From an uncultured Acidimicrobiia bacterium (GTDB lineage Bacteria > Actinomycetota > Acidimicrobiia > Acidimicrobiales > JACDCH01), in contig CAWDIH010000001.1 in NCBI GenBank assembly GCA_963802415.1, positions 225,397 through 289,396 on the forward strand: a stretch of DNA of 64,000 bases. The letters are read 5' to 3'. The notes beneath the pieces were generated by a model. That model had not been told where the DNA came from. It did no database searches and saw only the letters and a program-made list of their open reading frames with translations. The translations under genes were made by a program, and so were the position numbers. Positions 29,738 to 41,700 of this stretch are shown piece by piece; the first letter of the stretch is position 1, and each line of letters starts with the position of its first letter.

Positions 29738-32700
29738 TCAAGCCGGCGAGCGCGCCCGCCGCCGCGTCACCACCACGAGGCCGAAGCCGCTCAGAAGGAG
29801 CAGAGCGCCCAGTAGGGCCGACAGGTCGTCGGGACCGGTGCGCGCCAAGGGCGAGTGCGCAACGGGCGGGGGCACGACCGTGCCGCCAGCGGCCGTCACC
29901 GAGCTGAGGACGCAGGCCTGGTTGTCACTCGGATCAGCCGCGGTGGTCGACGCGAGCACGGCGACCGTCTGCGTGGCAGGTGTCGTGGGTGCAGCGCACT
30001 CGGGTGGGGGCGGGCACGTGCCGTTCGGGCAGAGCGGGTCCTCGCGGGAGTCGGCCGTGACCACGTTCTCTACGGGGCCAACCGTGCCTGCAGCGACGCG
30101 CGCCGGAACGACGATGGTCACCGTGTCGCCGACGGCGAGCAACGTCGTGATCGTGCACGTCATCGAGCTGCCGGACGGGGGTGCGCAACTCCCTGCTGAG
30201 ACAGGCATCGACGGCGTGCCCGCGAACTCCAATCCCGAGCCGATCGTGTCGGTCACGGTGACGGGAGACGACGTCGCGAGCGGTCCCTCGTTGGTCACGG
30301 TGATCGTGTAGTTGAACGGATCACCGCCCGCGACCGGAGTCGCGCCGTTGGCTGTCTTGTGCACGACGAGGTTCGCGAACACCCACGTCTTCGTCGCAGT
30401 CAACGGCACCACCTGACCTTGCGCTTGGCCGGGCGCGCCGGCCGTGGTGAGATCCACCAACCGCCCTGCGCTGTCGGTCAAGCTCGCCACCGTCAGCGTG
30501 CCCGACCCTGCTGTCGATGACGTCACGGTGACAGTGCACATCCCGGCCGAGTCCGTGGTGCACGCACTCGCAGGGGTGCTCGACTCTGTGCCGGACCACG
30601 TGAACGCGATCGACGCGTTCGTCGCAGGTGTCGACGTCTCCCCATCCGTCATCGTCGCCGTGATCGCGAAATCGTGCGGCGTGCCCGCCAGGTTGGTCGC
30701 AGACGGCGAGACCGTCACCGTGTAGGCAAGCCACGTCTTCGAGGCGATCGCTGGGACGCTCAACGGGATGTCGCTGAACGGGACACCATCGATGACCGTC
30801 GTGCTGATCGCAGTGACATCCAAGGTCAGAGTTCCCGGCCCGTTGTCGTGGACGATGAACTGGCACGTGCCGCCGTTCGTCCCTGCGGTGAGACATTGCG
30901 ACGCCGGATCCAAGAAGCCCGACCCCGAAGGTGTCGCTGTCAACGTCGTCCCGTCCGGCACGGCCGTCCACTCCGCGTCGGCGTCGGCCATATCGGTCTG
31001 TTGTACCGTCGCCGTGAACGTGTGCGCCACACCGGTCAGGTTCGTGGCGTTCGCGCTCAACAACACCCGGTAACGCAACCACGTCTTGGACGCCGTCAGC
31101 GGCATCGTCTGACCGGGCGCCTGACCGGGCGCGCCCGCAACCGTGAGGTCGACCACCCGCCCGCCGCTGTCGGTCAAGGTCGTCACCGTCAACGTCCCCG
31201 ACCCCGCCGACGGCGACGTCACGCTCACCGTGCACGTCCCCGCCGCGGTCGTCGTGCACGGGCTCGGCGTGACCAGCGAACCGGCGCCCGACCACGTGAA
31301 GGCGATCGACGCGTTGGCCGCCGGGGCCGGCGTGGTGCCGTCGGTCACCGTGGCCGTGATAGCGAAGTCATGCTGCGTACCCACCGGATTGGTGGCCGTA
31401 GGTGAGATGGTCACCGTATAGGCGAGCCACGTCTTCGTCGCGGTCACGGGAACGACCTGGCCGGAAGCCTGGCCGGGAGTTCCCTGAGTCGTGAGGTCGA
31501 CCGTGAATTCCTGGCCATTGACCGTGAACGTCACCGAGGTGGCCGAGAACGTGCCGGCGCTCGCTCCGCCGTTGTTGAACGTCACCACGCACGTGCCTGC
31601 CGTCGTTCCCGTCGCGCATGTGTCGTTGCTCACGGTGTCCGATCCGCTGAACGTCCAAGCGACTGTCGCACCGTCGGCCGGCAGGGGCGCCGACGTGCCG
31701 TCGGCACCGGCCACGTCGACATGGACCGTGAAGGTGTGTGGATCACCCGACAGGTTCGTCGCGCTCGACGGCGTCACCGACACCAGGGCCGCGACCCACG
31801 TCTTCGACGCGCTCGCCGGCGCGCTCAACGGGATGTTGGTGAACGGCACGCCGTCGACGGTCGTCGCCCCGATGGCGGTGACGTTCAACGTCAACGTTCC
31901 CGCGCCGGTGTCGTGCACGATGAACTGGCACGTCCCGTCGCTCGTCCCGACGACAGTGAGACACGTCGACGCCGGATCGAGTGTCCCCGACCCCGAAGGC
32001 GTCGCCGTCAACCTCGTTCCGTCGGGCACCGCCGTCCAGTCCGTGCCGGCCGGGCTCGCCACACCGGTCTGCTGCACCGTAGCTGTGAACGTGTGCGGGA
32101 CACCCGTCAGGTTCGTCGCGTTCGGACTCAGCAGCACTCGGAACTGCAGCCACGTCTTCGACGACGTCAGCGGTACGACTTGGCCCGACGCCTGGCCGGG
32201 CGCGCCGACCACCGTCAAACCGACCGTACGCCCGGCGCTGTCCGTCAGGCTCGTCACCGTCAACGTGCCCGTCCCCGCAGAGGGCGACGTCACACTTACC
32301 GTGCACGTGCCCGGCGCGTCGGTGGTGCACGGACTCGGCGTGACCAACGCCCCGGCACCCAACCACCCGAACGCGATCGACGCGCCAGCCGCCGGTGTCG
32401 TCGACGCTCCATCATTGACCGTCGCCGTGATCACGAAGTCGTGCTGCGTACCCACCGGGTTGTTGGCCGACGGCGAGACCGTCACCAGGTAAGCAATCCA
32501 CGTCTTCGAGGCTGTCGCGGGCGCGCTTAACGGGATGTTGTTGACCGGCAGACCGTCCACCGTCGTGTTCGCGATCGCCGTCACCGTCAGTTCGAGCGTG
32601 CCCGCTCCGGTGTCGTGCACGATCAACTGACAGGTTCCCCCGCTGGTCCCCGCGGTCAGACACGACGACGCCGGATCGAGCGTCCCCGAACCCGAGGGCG

Positions 32701-35700
32701 TCACGGCCAGCGTCGTGCCGTCGGGCACTTCGGTCCAATCCCCCTCGGTCGGGTTGATCACTTCGGAGTGCTGCACCGTCGCCGTGAACGTGTGCGCCAC
32801 CCCCACCAAGTTGGTGGCGCTCGGCGTGAGCAATACCCGGTACTGCGACCACGTCTTCGAGGCCGTCAAAGGCACCGCTTGGCCGGGTGCCTGACCCGGC
32901 GCGCCTGCCGCGGTGAGGTCGACCACGCGCCCGGCGCTGTCGGTCAGGCTCGTCACCGTCAACGTGCCCGACCCTGCGGAAGGCGACGTCACAGTCACCG
33001 TGCACGTTCCTGCCGTGCCCGTCGTGCACGGACTCTGCGTGACCAACGCTCCGGCACCCGACCACCCGAACGCGATCGACGCGCCCGCCGCCGCTGTCGT
33101 CGACGTCCCGTCATTCACCGTGGCAGTGACCGTGAAGTTGTGCGGCACGCCGACGGGATTGGATGCCGACGGCGACACAGTGACCGTGTACGCCAGCCAC
33201 GTCTTCGACGCGGTCGCCGGTGCGCTCAACAGGATGTCGGTGAATGTCACGGCGTTGACCGACGTGGACGCGATCGCCGTCACCGTCAACGCCAGCGTGC
33301 CCGGCCCCGCGTCGTGCACGATGAACTGGCACAGCCCGAGCGTCGTCCCCGTAGTCAGACACGTCGACGCCGGATCGATCGTCCCCGGCCCTGGGGTCGA
33401 CGCGGCCAACGTCGTTCCGTCCGATGCCAATCCCCAATCGCTCTCGATCGGGTTCGCTACACCCGTCGTCTGGACGACCGCCGTGAACGTGTGCGGCACC
33501 CCCACCAGGTTGGTGGCGTTCGAACTGAGCAGCACCCGGAACTGGACCCACGTCTTCGACGCCGTCAGCGGCACAACCTGACCGGGCGTTTGCCCAGCCG
33601 CGGCGGGCACCGTGAGGTTGACCACACGGTTGCCGCTGTCGGTCAAGCTCGTCACCGTCAGAGTGCCCGTCCCCGCGGTCGGCGACGTCACGCTGACCGT
33701 GCACGTACCTGTCGCGGACGTCGTGCACGGACTCGGCGTGACCAATGAACCCGTGCCTGACAACGTGAACGCGATCGACGCGTTCGCCGCTGGGCTCGTC
33801 GTCGTCCCGTCGGTCACCGTCGCTGTGATCGTGAAGTCGTGCTGTGTCCCCACTGGATTGTTGATCGACGGCGAGATCGTCACCGTGTACGCAACCCACG
33901 TCTTCGTCGCTGTCGCCGGCGCGCTCAACGGGATGTCGTCGGTGACCGGCAACCCGTCCACCGTCGTCGCGTTGATGGCGGTGACGGTCAAGGTCAACGT
34001 CCCCGGGCCGGCGTCGTGCACGACGAACTGGCACGTCCCACCGGTCGTCCCCGGGGTCACACACGACGACACCGGATCCAGCGTCCCCGGCCCCGTGGTC
34101 GACGCGGTCAACGTCGTCCCGTCCGGCACTGACACCCAATCGCCCTCGGTCGGGTTCGGCACCTCGGTGTGCTGCACCGTCGCCGTGAACGTGTGCGGCA
34201 CACCGGTCAGGTTCGTGGCGTTCGCGCTCAACAGCACCCGGTACTGCGACCACGTCTTCGTCGCCGTCAGCGGCACCGTTTGGCCCGGCGCCTGCCCGGG
34301 CGCCCCGACAACAGCGAGGTTGACCACCCGCCCGCCGCTGTCAGTCAAGCTCGTCACCGTCAACGTGCCCGACCCCGCCGACGGCGACGTCACACTCACC
34401 GTGCACGTGCCCGCCGCGTTCGTCGTGCACGAACTACTCGGAGTCGGAGTTCCAACCCCCGACCACGTGAACGTGATCGACGCCCCCGCCGCCGGGACCG
34501 TCGACGTCCCACTGTTTACCGCCGCCGTGATAACGAAATTGTGCGGCACACCCACCGGGTTGGTGGCCGACGGCGAGATCGTCACCGTGTACGCGAGCCA
34601 CGTCTTCGTCGCTGTCGCCGGCGCGCTCAACGGGATGTCGTCGCTGACCGGCAACCCGTCCACCGTCGTCGCGTTGATGGCGGTGACGGTCAAGGTCAAC
34701 GTCCCCGGGCCGGCGTCGTGCACGACGAACTGGCACGTCCCACCGGTCGTCCCCGGGGTCACACACGACGACACCGGATCCAGCGTCCCCGGCCCCGTGG
34801 TCGAGGCGGTCAACGTCGTCCCGTCGGGCACTGACACCCAATCGCCCTCGGTCGGGTTCGGCACCTCGGTGTGCTGCACCGTCGCCGTGAACGTGTGCGG
34901 CACCCCTACCAGGTTCGTGGCGCTCGGAGTCAGCAAGACCCGGTACTGCGACCACGTCTTCGTCGCCGTCAGCGGCACCGTTTGGCCCGGCGCCTGCCCG
35001 GGCGCCCCGACAACAGCGAGGTTGACCACCCGCCCGCCGCTGTCAGTCAAGCTCGTCACCGTCAACGTGCCCGACCCCGTCGTGGGCGACGTCACACTCA
35101 CCGTGCACGTGCCGGCCGCGTTCGTCGTGCACGGACTCGGCGTGACCAGCGACCCCGCCCCCAACCATGTGAACGCGATCGACGCGTTGACCGCCGGCGC
35201 CGGCGTCGTCCCGTCCGTCACCGTCGCCGTAACCGTGAAGGCGTGCGGCACACCCGCAGGATTGGTAGCCGACGGAGACAACGTCACCGTGTACGCGAGC
35301 CACGTCTTTGTCGCCGTCGCCGGTGCGCTCAACGCGATGTTCGTGAACGGCAACCCGTCCACGGTCGTCGCGTTGATGGCGGCGACGGTCAACGTCAGCG
35401 TCCCCGGGCCCGTGTCGTGCACGACGAACTGGCACGTCCCACCGATTGCCGTCCCCGGAGTCAGACACGTCGACGCGAGATCGAGCGTCCCCGGCCCGGT
35501 AGTCGACGCGGTCAACGTCGTCCCTATCGGCACCGCCGTCCAGTCCGCACCGGTCGGGTTCGCCAAGCCCGTCTGCTGCACCGTCGCCGTGAAGGTGTGC
35601 GGCACCCCCACCAGGTTCGTCGCACTCGGGCTGAGTAGCACCCGGTACTGCAGCCACGTCTTCGACGCCGTCAACGGCACAGCCTGACCTGGCGCCTGAC

Positions 35701-38700
35701 CGGGCATGCCCGCAACGGTGAGATCCACCGTCGCACCGCCACTGTCGGTCAAGCTCGTCACCGTCAACGTCCCCGAACCCGCCGACGGCGACGTCACACT
35801 CACCGTGCACGTCCCGTTGGCGCCCGTGATACACGGACTGGGCGTCACCAGCGACCCTGCCCCCGACCACACGAACTCGATCGACGCGTTCGCTGCCGGT
35901 GTCGTCGTCGTCCCGTTGGTCGCCGTCGCCGTGATCACGAAGTCGTGCTGCGTGCCCATCGGGTTGTTGATCGACGGCGAGACCGTCACGGTGTAGGCAA
36001 CCCACGTCTTCGCCGCGGACACCGGAACGATCTGGCCGGGTGCCTGGCCGGGAAGGCCCGCGGTCGTGAGGTCGACAGTCAGCGGCGTGCCGTTGACGGT
36101 GACCGTCACCGACGTGGCCGTGAACGTGCCGGCACCCGCCCCGCTGTTGGTGAACGTCACCACGCACGTCCCTGCCGTCGTGCCCGTCGCGCACGTGTCG
36201 GCGCTGAGCGTCCCCGGCCCGGGGAATGTCCACGCGACCGTGGCGCCTTCGGCCGGCAGCGCCGTCGCCGTGCCGTCGGCGCCCGCCACATCGACATGCA
36301 CGGTGAACGTGTGCGGGTCACCGGCGAGGTTGGTCGCACTCGGCGGCGTCACCGACACCAACACCGACAGCCACGTCTTCGTCGCGATCGCCGGTGCGCT
36401 CAACGCGATGTTCGTGAACGGCAACCCGTCCACGGTCGTCGCCCCGATGGCGGTGACGGTCAAGGTCAACGTCCCCGGGCCCGTGTCGTGCACGACGAAC
36501 TGGCACGTCCCACCGGTCGTCGTCCCCGGAGTCAGACACGACGACGCCGGATTGAGCGTCCCCGGCCCGGTGGTCGACGCGGTCAACGTCGTCCCTATCG
36601 GCACCGCCGTCCAATTCGCCTCGGTCGGGTTCGCCACACCGGTCTGCTGCACCGTCGCCGTGAACGTGTGCGGCACTCCGGTCAGGTTCGTCGCGTTCGG
36701 GCTGAGCAGCACCCGGTACTGCAGCCACGTCTTCGACGCCGTCAACGGCACCGTCTGACCCGGCGCCTGCCCGGGCATGCCCGCAACGGTGAGGTCAACG
36801 GTCGCACCGCCACTGTCCGTCAAGTTCAAGACCTGCAATGTGCCGGTCCCCGCCGCCGACGACGTCACACTCACGGTGCACGTGCCGTTGGCGTCTGTGA
36901 CACACGGGCTGGGCGTCACCGGCGACCCTGGCCCCGACCATATGAACGCGATCGACGCGTTGACCGCCGGGCTTGTCGTCGTCCCATTCGTCACCGTCGC
37001 CGTGATCACGAAGTCGTGCGTCGTGCTCACCGGGTTGTTGGCCGACGGGGTGATCGTGACGAGGTAGGAGAGCCAGGTCTTCGTCGCAGTGACAGGCACG
37101 ACTTGACCGGGGGCCTGGCCCGGAGCGGCCGCGGTGAGGTTGACCGTCAGCGGCGTGCCGCTGACGGTGACGGTCACCGACGTGGCCGTGAACGTACCCG
37201 ACCCTGCAGCGCTGTTGTCGAACGTGACCACGCAGGTCCCTGCCGTCGTGCCCGTCGCGCACGTGTCGGCGCTGACCGTCCCCGGCCCGGGGAATGTCCA
37301 CGCGACCGTGGCGCCTTCGGCCGGGTGCGGCGTCGCCGTGCCGTCGGCGCCCGCCACATCGACATGCACCGTGAACGTGTGCGGATCACCCGACAGGTTC
37401 GTCGCGCTCGACGGCGTCACCGACACCAACACCGACACCCATGTCTTCGTCGCGCTCGCGGGTGCACTCAAGCCGATGTTGGTGAACGGCACGCCGTCGA
37501 CGGTCGTCGCCCCGATGGCGGTGACGTTCAACGTCAACGTCCCCGGGCCAGCGTCGTGCACCGCGAACTGGCACGTCCCACCGGTCGTCCCGACGGTCAG
37601 ACACGTCGACGCCGGATCGAGTGTCCCCGAACCCGAAGGCGTCGCAGTCAACGTCGTCGCGTCCGGCACCGAGACCCAATCGGCCGCCGTCGGGGTCGTG
37701 ATACCGGTCTGCTGCACCGTCGCCGTGAACGTGTGCGGCACCCCCACCAAGTTCGTGGCGCTCGGGCTGAGCAGGACCCGGTACTGCAACCACGTCTTCG
37801 ACGCCTCCAGCGGCACCGTCTGATCCAGCGACTGACCTGGCGACCCCGCGACGGTCAGATCGACGACGCGCCCGGCACTGTCGGTCAAGCTCGTCACCGT
37901 CAACGTGCCCGTTCCCGCCGACGGCGACGTCACACTCACCGTGCATGTCCCGGCCGCGTTTGTAGTGCACGAAGTACTCGGAGTCGGGGTTCCAGCCCCG
38001 GTCCAAGTGAACGCGATCGACGCGCCCACCGCCGGGACAGGGGCCCCCGATCCCTGGACGTCCGCCGTGATCACGAAGTCGTGCTGTGTGCCCACCGGGT
38101 TGTTCGCCGTCGGCGTGATCGTCACGGAGTAAGCGATCCACGTCTTCGTCGCGGTCTGCGAGGTGAACCCGATCGCATTCGGCGCCGTCGTCGGGTTCAC
38201 GTCGGTGAACGTCGTCGGCGTACCGCCGACCGTCACCGTGGCGCTCGACAAACCGTTGAGGGTGAGGATCCCGACTCCCGGGTCGGCGGAGTTGACCGTC
38301 ACTGTGCAGGTGCCGGCAGCACCGAGCGTCGGGCACGTGGTGGGCGCGGCGACCGCGCCGGCTCCTGTCCGCGTGAAGTCCACCAAACCAGTTGTGAGCG
38401 GCTGGAAGACATCGGGCGCTACCGCGAACTCGGCGGTGACGATGAACGTGTGCGAGACGCCGGCGAGATTCGTCGCGCTCGGTGACACGCCGAGTCGGAA
38501 CTCGACCCACGTCTTGGTCGCGCTCGCCGGCGTCGCGTACGCGGCTGTTCCCGGCGCCACGGTCACCGGCACCCGCACGCCAGTGCCGTTCGGTAACAAC
38601 GTGCCGTTGAGCAGCGACACGGTGATTGCGCCGGGTGTCACTGTCACCGAGCCGGGATCGGTCGAGCTGACTGTGACGGTGCAGGTCCCGCCGGTCGTAC

Positions 38701-41700
38701 CTGTCGCGCAGGTGTTGCTGACGAGCTTCGCCGGATCGGTGAGGACGACTGCCAGCGTCGTCCCGTCGGGCACCGCGACGAACCCGGCGCCGCGGTCCTC
38801 TTGCACGGTGATGGTGAACGGGTGCGAGGATCCGGCGAGGTTCGTCGCGCTCGCTGAGATGATTGCCCGGTACGCGATCCACGTCTTCGTGGGGGTCGCA
38901 GCGGTCGGGAACGTGAAGCTGACCGTGCTCGGCGGCGGCGTTGGCTGCGGGATCGAAGTCGACGCGATGCCGGTGATCGTCAACGTGCCGGTACCCGGCA
39001 CGGTCGGCGACTCGATGACGACCGTGCACTGACCTGGCCCCGGGTCGCCAGTCCCCGAAGCGTCCGCTGGATCACATGTGCTGCGACTGGTGTCCTCGGC
39101 CGAACCGGCGGGTCCGCTCCACAAGTACGTCATCGTCGTGCCAGGCGAGACTGGCTGGAAGCCAAATCCGTCGGTGTACTGCACGGTCAATGTGAACGTG
39201 TGGTCGGTTCCAACGGGATTCTCAGCGGGACCACTGACGTCGACGGCGAAGTCCCACCACGTCTTGCTGGCGCTCAGGTTGGACCCCAGACCGAACATCG
39301 ACTGCGGAATGGTGACTATCTCCTGCGCGAACTCGGTCGGATTCGGAATTGGATCGGTGGGAGCGCCCCTCTGACCATTGCGATTTCGGTCGAGCCAGGT
39401 CGACGCGATTCCTTGAATTGTGAGGGTGCCCGTCGTCGCATCTGTCGCAGTGACCTCGAACGTACAGGTGCCGTCCAAGGCTGTCCCCGTCGTGAGGCAT
39501 GTTGAGTCCGCGGTGTTGACACTGCTAAAGCCGACGGGGTTATCCGTCCACTGGTGCTGGAGCAACGCACCCGTGGGCACCGGCAACCAGTTCGCGCCGC
39601 CATCTCTGGTGCGCTGCACGGTGGCGGTGAACGTGTGAGTCACGCCCAGAGGGTTGATGGCGTCGTCGGACAGGATCACGCGGTACTGCCACCACACTTT
39701 GTCCGTTCGGATCGGCAGCACCGCGTCCGCGCGCACGCCGCGCGCGCCGGGAACGAGGTCGATCACGAACTCTTGCCCGTCGATCGTGACCGTCACTTGT
39801 TCGAGTTGCAGTTCGATCGAACCGGAGGCCGGGGCCGTGACGGTGATCGTGCACTGGCCGGTCGCGTTGGTTCCCGGCGTGGTGCAGGTGTCACCGGTGA
39901 CCGTGGCACCGCCCACCGCCGAGACGACGCTCGAGGTGACGGTGGCGCCGGGTACGCCGCCATCGACGAACGGTCCGTCGCCATCGGTGCCCGTCACCTG
40001 CACGGTGAAGGTGTGCGGTTCGCCCGCCAGGTTGTCGGCGCCCGGCGTGATCGTGACATCGATGAGCACCCAGCTCTTCTGTCCGGTCGCGGCGCTGAGG
40101 TCTAGCGTGCTCGACCCGAGGTCGTCGGTGAGGGTCGTGGTCTGCCCGCCGATCGTCACGGTCAACCCGGTCACCTGGAGAGTCCCGGTGCCCGGTTCGG
40201 GCGGCGTTCCCTGCACGACCGTGAACGTGCACGTCCCAGCGGCCGACAGGGCGGGACAGGTAGTCGGCGAGCCGGCGTCCGCGACCGCGCTCGTCCACTC
40301 CAAGACGACGCTCCCGCCGCTCACCGGCTGCCACACACCCGGTGTTGCCGCGAACTCAGCCGTGACCGTGAACGTGTGCGGCTGGCCGACGAGGTTGACC
40401 TGTTCGCTCGGTTCGACACGGACACGGAACGCGATCCACGACTTGGTCAAAGCGGGCAGCGGCACGCTCAGGGCCTGGTCGCCGACGCTCAACGTGTGCG
40501 AGGTGCTGCCACCCAAACCGTTGGGCAACGAGACGGTGATGCTCGTCACCGTGAGCGTGCTCGTCTCGGGCTCGTTCGCCGCCGCGCTGACGGTCACGTC
40601 GCACGTCCCGCTCCCGTTGACGGTGCACTGACCAGCCGGACTCACCGTTCCTGCGCCGCTCCACGTGTACGAGATCACCGAGCCCGCGGGCAAGGCTGAC
40701 TCACCGGTGCCGTCGTTCTGGAACCCACTCAGCGTAAAGACGTGGGGCGTGTCACCGACGAGGTTGACGGCGGACTCGCCTTCGACGTGGTAGGTCGTCC
40801 AGAGCTTGTTCGATGAGACGGGAGCCGGAAGCGTGAAGGGTTGCCCCGGCAACGGGCCGTTCGGACCCTGGTTCGTGAACCCGTTCACGGTGATCGTGAA
40901 CGGGCCGGGACTCGTCGAGTTCACCGTGACGGTGCACTGCCCGCTCGCGTTCGTGCCGGGCGCCGTCTGGCACGTGTTGGCGATGACGAGAGCAGGGTTG
41001 CTGAAGGTGAGATCGAGCAGCGCGCCCGTGAGCGGCCCGGGGGGCGCGACGCGCGTCGCTGTGAGCGTGAAGGTGTGCGGCCGTCCGGCCGGGTTGGTCG
41101 CCGCCCCGGTCACGTTGACGTCGATGGCGGTCGTCGTGTTCGTCACCGTGCAGGTGATGACGAGCTGGTTCGGGTCCGTGAAGTTGGTGGGGATCTCGAC
41201 CTGGTTCGTCGTCGAAACGGTCGCTCCGGCTCCATTGGTGCACAGCCACGACTCCACGTACCCGGGCGGTCCGGTCTCGCTCAACGAGAATGTGCCGCGC
41301 GTCACGTGCCGGTCGGTGACGGCGAGCGCGCCCTCAATGCCCGAAATCGCGCTCCCGTCGATCGAGCCGGGATTGTTCGCCGACTGCTGGGCCGTGAGCG
41401 TGAACTGGCCCTCCGTGGCGGTGCCGCCGACGACTGTCTTCTGCAGCGTGAGCCGCGCGAGGTCATCAGCGGTGTTGCTGATAGTGCACGTGACGTTCGC
41501 TGTCGCGCCGAGGGTGACCTGGTTCCCGCCGCTGACGGTCACGGGGTTGCCCGCGGCGTCAACACACGTCCACGCGCTGGCGATGTAGCCGGCCGGCGGC
41601 GCAGGGGTCGTGTTGGGCGTCTCGGCGAGCGTGTAGGTGCTCGGTGCGACCACCTTCGTCATGCCGGTTGACGTGCCCGGTCCGTAGTCGATCGCTGCAC

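Noticed and set aside
30321-41671. Long alternative-frame and antisense ORFs over the giant gene (e.g. 691, 846 and 547 aa)
   Set aside because: These are shadows of GC-biased, Thr/Val-rich repeat codons; they are low-complexity Arg/His- or Val-rich with no motifs.
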